In this document: one piece after another, positions 58,979 to 64,000 of the stretch
Layout of the letters: each line of letters starts with the position of its first letter
Position numbering within the stretch: position 1 is the first letter of the stretch
From: an uncultured Chloroflexia bacterium
Lineage (GTDB): Bacteria > Chloroflexota > Limnocylindria > Limnocylindrales > CSP1-4
NCBI GenBank assembly: GCA_963766735.1
Contig: CAVYBU010000003.1
Span: 160,001-224,000 of the forward strand
Reading direction: 5' to 3'
DNA length: 64,000 nucleotides
Program-made: the position numbers and the translations under genes
The notes under the pieces: generated by a model
Database searches by the model: none
The model's input: only the letters and a program-made list of their open reading frames with translations
Told to the model about the DNA's origin: nothing

Positions 58979-59728
58979 GTGACCGATGCCGCCCGCGCCC
59001 CTATCGCCCAAGCGACTTCGCGCCCGGCCTCGCCCATTGCGGAGGAGATCCGTCTCGAGCTGGCCAATGCCTGGGGCGAGATGGGTGCCGCGTGGGGCGT
59101 CGCGCCGGCGATCGCCCGTGTGCACGCGTACCTGATGGCCCGCCAGGAGCCCCTCACGGAGCGCGAGGTCCGCGAGGCCCTGGGCCTGAGCCATCGCGCC
59201 GCCAGCCTGGCCCTCGCCGAGGCCGAGGCCTGGGGTCTCGTCGAGCGGGTCGCGGAGCCGCGCCGGGTGGGAAGGCGCGGACCCGCCGGCACCGCCTACA
59301 TGGCCATCGGCGATCACTGGCGCTGGTTCGGCCGCGTCGTTGCGGAGCGCAAGGTCCGCGAGGGCGACCCCATCGTCATCGTGCTTGAGCGCACGCTGGC
59401 GGACACAACCACCGCCCTTGCCCTGCACCCTGGCGAGCCGGAGCTGGTGCGTCTCCGCGAGTGGCTGGCAACGTTCCTGGTCTTCGTTCGCCTGTTCGAC
59501 CGCGCGGTGGGCCTGGTCTCACGCCTCGAGCCCACGGAGCTGGAGCGCGCGCTCCGCCTCCTGGGCGAGGTCCCGGACGACACGGTCCTGCGCCTGATCC
59601 GACTCCTCGATGGCCTTCCCGACGACGACGTCCTGGGCCTGGTCGAGGCGCTGAGCCGCCTCTCGCCAACGTCCGCGCGCCGCGCCACGACGCTGATGTC
59701 AGGAGTGGTCAGGACCCTGGTGCGGTAA
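58979..59728 (+). CDS. GbsR/MarR-like winged-helix transcriptional regulator
   Basis: WGEMGAAWGV..AIARVHAYLM...LGLSHRAASLALAEAEAWGLV. Confidence 0.78.
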   Translation: MTDAARAPIAQATSRPASPIAEEIRLELANAWGEMGAAWGVAPAIARVHAYLMARQEPLTEREVREALGLSHRAASLALAEAEAWGLVERVAEPRRVGRRGPAGTAYMAIGDHWRWFGRVVAERKVREGDPIVIVLERTLADTTTALALHPGEPELVRLREWLATFLVFVRLFDRAVGLVSRLEPTELERALRLLGEVPDDTVLRLIRLLDGLPDDDVLGLVEALSRLSPTSARRATTLMSGVVRTLVR

Positions 59729-59974
59729 GGCGCGTTTCCCCGGTCGGGCTGGGACGAATCCCGGCCGGACGACGCTGGGGGAGCCTTCGTGAGTCGCGAA
59801 TCCGCGTGACGACGGCTGCGGTCAGGCGCCGGCCGAGCACACCCGCGAAGCCAGCATCAGCCGCCGTGCGATAATCGGGGAGTGACGCCGGACGGACCCG
59901 GTTCGAACGGGCGAGGACCCCGCGGCAAGCTGGACGCCCGACCACTCACGCGTCTCTCGGAGATCCCAATCATC

Positions 59975-60859
59975 ATGACCGAAACCTCCACCTGGGCCAC
60001 CAAGAAGGGCCTCGCCCAGATGCTCAAGGGCGGCGTCATCATGGACGTCGTCACCCCGGAGCACGCCCGCATCGCAGAGGACGCCGGCGCCGTCGCCGTG
60101 ATGGCGCTGGAGCGCGTGCCGTCCGACATCCGCGCAACCGGGGGTGTTGCCCGCATGTCCGACCCGGAGATGATCTCCGGGATCATGGCGGCGGTGTCGA
60201 TCCCGGTCATGGCCAAGGCCCGGATCGGGCACTTCGTCGAGGCGCAGGTCCTCGAAGCCCTGGGGGTGGACTACATCGACGAGTCCGAGGTCCTCACCCC
60301 GGCCGACGAGCGGAACCACATCGACAAGCACGCCTTCAAGGTCCCGTTCGTGTGCGGCTGCCGGAACCTCGGCGAGGCCCTGCGCCGGATCAACGAGGGC
60401 GCGGCGATGATGCGGACGAAGGGCGAGGCCGGTACCGGCAACATCGTCGAGGCCGTCCACCAGCTGCGCGACGTGCTGGCCGAGATCCGCCGGCTCGAGT
60501 TCATGCGCGAGGACGAGCTGTTCGTCGCCGCCAAGGAGCTCGGGGCGCCGTACGACCTGGTCAAGCAGGTGGCGGCCGACGGCCGGATGCCGGTGGTCAA
60601 CTTCGTCGCCGGCGGCATCAGCACCCCATCGGATGCAGCCCTCGTGATGCAGCTGGGCGCCGAGGGCGTGTTCGTCGGCTCCGGCATCTTCAAGAGCGAG
60701 GACCCGGCGCGCATGGCCAACGCAATCGTCCAGGCCACCACGCATTTCCAGGACGCCAAGATCATCGCGGAGGTCTCGAGGGGCCTGGGAGCGCCGATGC
60801 GCGGCATCGCGATGGAGGCCATCCCGGACAACGAGCGCCTCGCGGTCCGGGGCTGGTAG
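59975..60859 (+). CDS. pdxS: Pyridoxal 5'-phosphate synthase lyase subunit
   Basis: [46 protein letters not shown] and [11 protein letters not shown]; alternative in-frame GTG at 59882. Confidence 0.96.
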   Translation: MTETSTWATKKGLAQMLKGGVIMDVVTPEHARIAEDAGAVAVMALERVPSDIRATGGVARMSDPEMISGIMAAVSIPVMAKARIGHFVEAQVLEALGVDYIDESEVLTPADERNHIDKHAFKVPFVCGCRNLGEALRRINEGAAMMRTKGEAGTGNIVEAVHQLRDVLAEIRRLEFMREDELFVAAKELGAPYDLVKQVAADGRMPVVNFVAGGISTPSDAALVMQLGAEGVFVGSGIFKSEDPARMANAIVQATTHFQDAKIIAEVSRGLGAPMRGIAMEAIPDNERLAVRGW

Positions 60860-60887
60860 GCGGATCGCTCGGCTCCGAGCCGGCACC

Positions 60888-61526
60888 ATGAAGATCGGGG
60901 TCCTCGCCCTCCAGGGGGCGTTCGCCGAGCATGTCGTCACCCTGCGCGCCATCGGCGTGGAGGCTGTGGAGGTGCGCCTGCCGGAGCAGACGCTCGATCT
61001 CGATGGCCTGATCCTGCCCGGTGGCGAGAGCACGACGATGCGCCGCCTCATCGACCGCTGGGGCATGCGGCAGCCGCTCCTGGATCTGGCCGCGAGCGGC
61101 GCTCCGCTGTTCGGGACATGCGCCGGCATGATCGTGCTTGCCCGCGAGATCACCGGCGAGGAGGATCCGATCCTGCCGCTCCTGGACGCGACGGTCACGC
61201 GCAACGCCTTCGGGCGCCAGCTGGACTCGTTCGAGACGGAGCTCCCCGTGCCTCTCCTCGGTGACAAGCCGGTGCACGCGGTGTTCATCCGGGCGCCGGT
61301 GATCGAGCGCGTCGGTCCGGACGTGGATGTCCTGGCGCGTCTCCCGGATGGAAGGATCGTCGCCGTGCGGGAGCGGAACATCATCGCGACGTCGTTCCAC
61401 CCGGAGCTCGCGGGCGAGACGCGGTTCCACCGGCTGGTCGCGATGCTGGCTTCCGAGCACGCGGATCCAGGCGAGGGCAGCGGCCGGCGCCCGCACCCGA
61501 TCCGCCGCAGCCTGCAGAATCGGTAG
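60888..61526 (+). CDS. pdxT: Pyridoxal 5'-phosphate synthase glutaminase subunit
   Basis: IGVLALQG, PGGESTT, GTCAG, RNAFGRQ, VFIRAP and FHPE. Confidence 0.96.
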   Translation: MKIGVLALQGAFAEHVVTLRAIGVEAVEVRLPEQTLDLDGLILPGGESTTMRRLIDRWGMRQPLLDLAASGAPLFGTCAGMIVLAREITGEEDPILPLLDATVTRNAFGRQLDSFETELPVPLLGDKPVHAVFIRAPVIERVGPDVDVLARLPDGRIVAVRERNIIATSFHPELAGETRFHRLVAMLASEHADPGEGSGRRPHPIRRSLQNR

Positions 61527-61532
61527 GGACGC

Positions 61533-62579
61533 ATGGCGCGAAGCACCGGCAAGGTTCGAGCGGCCCGGTTGACGGACCTCGCCGCGCTCGGAGAGCTGAG
61601 CAGGCTTGCCCAGGGCGACGGCGAAGGAACCCGATCCCTGGGCCTCCCCGTGTCGGGTCCGCCGATCGGCATGTTCAGCCTGTTCCGGTTGCCGCTTGGC
61701 GCCTTCCAGCCGCACGACCTGCTCTACGTCTTCGAGCGCGACGGTCACATCGCGGGCCTGCTGCGCGTGGAGCGCGAGAGCCAGCGCGACGAGTGGACGG
61801 TGGTGGAGTTGGACGCCGTCGGCGGCCTGGATGCAGGCGATGTGCGATTCCGGCTCATCCAATCCCTGATGCGCGACGGACCGAAGCGCGGCGCGGCGCG
61901 CTTCCACGTGGCATGCGCGGACGCCGACGACAACGTGGAGCTGTTCATGCAGGCCGGCTTCGCGCGGTATGGCGATGAGCGCGTGCTGTTCCGTCCGCCC
62001 GGCCGGCCATCGACATCCCCGCTGACCGACGAGGCCGCCCACGGGGTCGGGATCCGACCCGCGGTGGCCCAGGATGCGGTGGCGCTCTCGCGTTTGTACG
62101 CATCCGTGACACCCGCGCCCGTCCAGCGGCTGGAGGCCGTCCGGATTGCCGACTGGGAACGGCAGGGTCGCGAGCTGCGGGTGCCCCGATCGTCGCTGGC
62201 GCCGATATTGCGGTTCGCGGACGTGGAGGCGTACGTGCAGGAGGCACCGGACGGCGGTCGTGACGGAACGCAGCTGGACGCCCTGGTCCACGTGGGCGTT
62301 GCCAAGGAAGACCAGCCGCACTACCTCAAGCTGCTCGCGCGGCCGGAGGCGGACGTGGTGCCGCTGCTCCGGTACGCGCTCGGCGTCATCGGGACCCGGG
62401 CGGATTCGTCCTCGCTCGGTGGCCGGGGCGTCATCGCGCCCGTGCGAACCTATGAATCGCCGATCGACCGGCGCCTGGAGGAGGAGGGCTTCGAGGCCAT
62501 CGCCACCGTCACGCTCCTCATGAAGGAAACCCTGGTCCGCGTTGCTGAGCCGCGCCTCGTGCCGGCCGGCGTCCGGTAG
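61533..62579 (+). CDS. Hypothetical protein, probable tandem GNAT fold
   Basis: VRAARLTD and IRPAVAQD starts; LFMQAGF and LEEEGF motif-B-like ends. Confidence 0.6.
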   Translation: MARSTGKVRAARLTDLAALGELSRLAQGDGEGTRSLGLPVSGPPIGMFSLFRLPLGAFQPHDLLYVFERDGHIAGLLRVERESQRDEWTVVELDAVGGLDAGDVRFRLIQSLMRDGPKRGAARFHVACADADDNVELFMQAGFARYGDERVLFRPPGRPSTSPLTDEAAHGVGIRPAVAQDAVALSRLYASVTPAPVQRLEAVRIADWERQGRELRVPRSSLAPILRFADVEAYVQEAPDGGRDGTQLDALVHVGVAKEDQPHYLKLLARPEADVVPLLRYALGVIGTRADSSSLGGRGVIAPVRTYESPIDRRLEEEGFEAIATVTLLMKETLVRVAEPRLVPAGVR

Positions 62580-62604
62580 CGGGTCGCAAGGAGGGCAGGC
62601 CAGC

Positions 62605-64000
62605 GTGGGATCCGTGGACCCGCACCGCGAGACGATCGACGACCTGGACGTCCTGCTGGCCGCCCTGCCGCCCGAGATTGTCGCCGCCGTCAACGCCCTC
62701 CCCGATCGCGAGACGCTGATCGAGGTCGTCCTGGACCTGGGCCGCCGGCCCGAGGCGCGCTACCCATCGAGCGAGGTCACCCTGCTCGAGCGCGAGGTGG
62801 AGGAGGCGGATCTCCAGTACGTCGTGGACCACATCGGCACGTTCGGCGAGGACAACCGCGCTGGCATCGAGCGCACGCTCCACCGAATCAGCGCGATCCG
62901 CAACCGCAACGGCAAGGTCGTGGGGTTGACGTGCCGCATCGGGCGCGCGGTCTACGGGACGATCGAGATCATCACGGACTTCGTGGAGAGCGGGAAGTCG
63001 ATCCTGATCATGGGCCGGCCGGGCATCGGCAAGACCACGATGCTCCGGGAGGCCGCCCGCGTGCTGGCCGACGAGCAGCGCAAGCGCGTGGTGGTGGTCG
63101 ATACCAGCAACGAGATCGCCGGCGACGGCGACATCCCGCATCCGGCGATCGGCAAGGCGCGGCGGATGCAGGTTCGCATCCCCAGCCTCCAGCACGAGGT
63201 GATGATCGAGGCGGTGGAGAACCACATGCCCCAGGTCATCGTCATCGATGAGATCGGGACCGAGCTCGAGGCGCAGGCCGCCCGCACGATCGCCGAGCGC
63301 GGGGTCCAGCTGATCGGCACCGCTCACGGCAACAACCTCGACAACCTCCTGCTGAACCCGACCCTGTCGGACCTGATCGGCGGGATCCAGAGCGTGACCC
63401 TCGGCGACGACGAGGCGCGCCGGCGACGCTCACAGAAGAGCGTCCTGGAGCGGAAGCAGCCGCCGACATTCGACGTGATCGTGGAGATCCAGGATCGCGA
63501 GAAGGTGCTGGCGCACGCTGACGTTGCGGCCACCGTGGACGCGATGCTGCTGGGTGACCCGGTCGCGGCGGAGCTCCGCTGGCGAGACGAGGAGGGGGTG
63601 CACCGATCCCAGTCGCGTCCCAAGCCGTCCGCACGCGAGACGGCCGGGGGCGGGGACCGGTTCAGCGGTTTGACCGGGTCCAGCGCGGGCGCGTGGGGAC
63701 GCGAGCCCGGGTGGCGAGGGGCGTCCACCTACCGGACCGGCGGCTATGCGGGCGAGGAGCGCGGACCGGCCGGGGCACGTCCCGGGTACCGGCCCGGCGG
63801 GTCCGGCGGCTGGCGGGGGACAAGGGGCGGCGCCTCCGACCGAGGCGCGGACCGCGGTGGTGATCGCGGGGCGCGCAGCCCGGAGGGGGACCGATCGGGC
63901 TCCCTGAGCGTCCTGCCGGGCGAGCGGTTTGCCGCGCGCCACGGTTCACCTTCGGGATCCGGTTCGTCGTTCGCCCCCGGACTGCCGTTCGTGACCGCGG
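62605..64000 (+). CDS. Ycf45/SpoIIIAA-like AAA ATPase, runs off the window
   Basis: Manual translation: EVVLDLGRRPEARY, RAGIERTLHRISAIRNR, GRPGIGKTTMLRE, VDTSNEIAGDGD and VIVIDEIG; SD AAGGAGG. Confidence 0.88.
   Translation, partial: MGSVDPHRETIDDLDVLLAALPPEIVAAVNALPDRETLIEVVLDLGRRPEARYPSSEVTLLEREVEEADLQYVVDHIGTFGEDNRAGIERTLHRISAIRNRNGKVVGLTCRIGRAVYGTIEIITDFVESGKSILIMGRPGIGKTTMLREAARVLADEQRKRVVVVDTSNEIAGDGDIPHPAIGKARRMQVRIPSLQHEVMIEAVENHMPQVIVIDEIGTELEAQAARTIAERGVQLIGTAHGNNLDNLLLNPTLSDLIGGIQSVTLGDDEARRRRSQKSVLERKQPPTFDVIVEIQDREKVLAHADVAATVDAMLLGDPVAAELRWRDEEGVHRSQSRPKPSARETAGGGDRFSGLTGSSAGAWGREPGWRGASTYRTGGYAGEERGPAGARPGYRPGGSGGWRGTRGGASDRGADRGGDRGARSPEGDRSGSLSVLPGERFAARHGSPSGSGSSFAPGLPFVTA

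Noticed and set aside
59897-59911. GGTTCGAA as a tRNA T-loop
   Set aside because: No cloverleaf, anticodon arm or acceptor stem around it

Overview
GC-rich bacterial chromosome segment with about 65 densely packed genes and no rRNA, tRNA, CRISPR array, integrase or transposase that I can support. Gene content suggests Chloroflexota (possibly Limnocylindria), which is inference only. Left to right: partial DmpA-like peptidase; pabB-pabC; small hypotheticals including a phycobiliprotein/globin-like protein; sufT-pduO-yccA-flavodoxin; a single-chain PreT-PreA dihydropyrimidine dehydrogenase; an IscR-like Rrf2-sufC-sufS operon lacking sufB/sufD; a block of two FAD oxidoreductases and an ABC importer; sufU-moeZ-mec; a NarL-type two-component system; a very large secreted OmpB/MofA-like multicopper oxidase; a secreted clan-CD-like protein; a degenerate GGDEF protein; a long minus-strand run (Ggs-like glycosyltransferase, USP-USP-GpgS fusion, glycerate kinase, Phd/VapC toxin-antitoxin pair, endonuclease III, nucleoside hydrolase, USP); MFS; HNH-cca-TPR-galE; a compact sugar-phosphate-utilising (SPU-type) bacterial microcompartment operon; pdxS-pdxT; and a partial Ycf45-like ATPase. 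The most notable system is the microcompartment. It has encapsulation-peptide-bearing RpiB, DeoC and aldehyde dehydrogenase but no PduL or alcohol dehydrogenase, and it shows several non-canonical residues. About a dozen genes appear leaderless. Several genes carry frameshifts that are most likely sequencing errors. All family calls come from motif recognition, not database searches.
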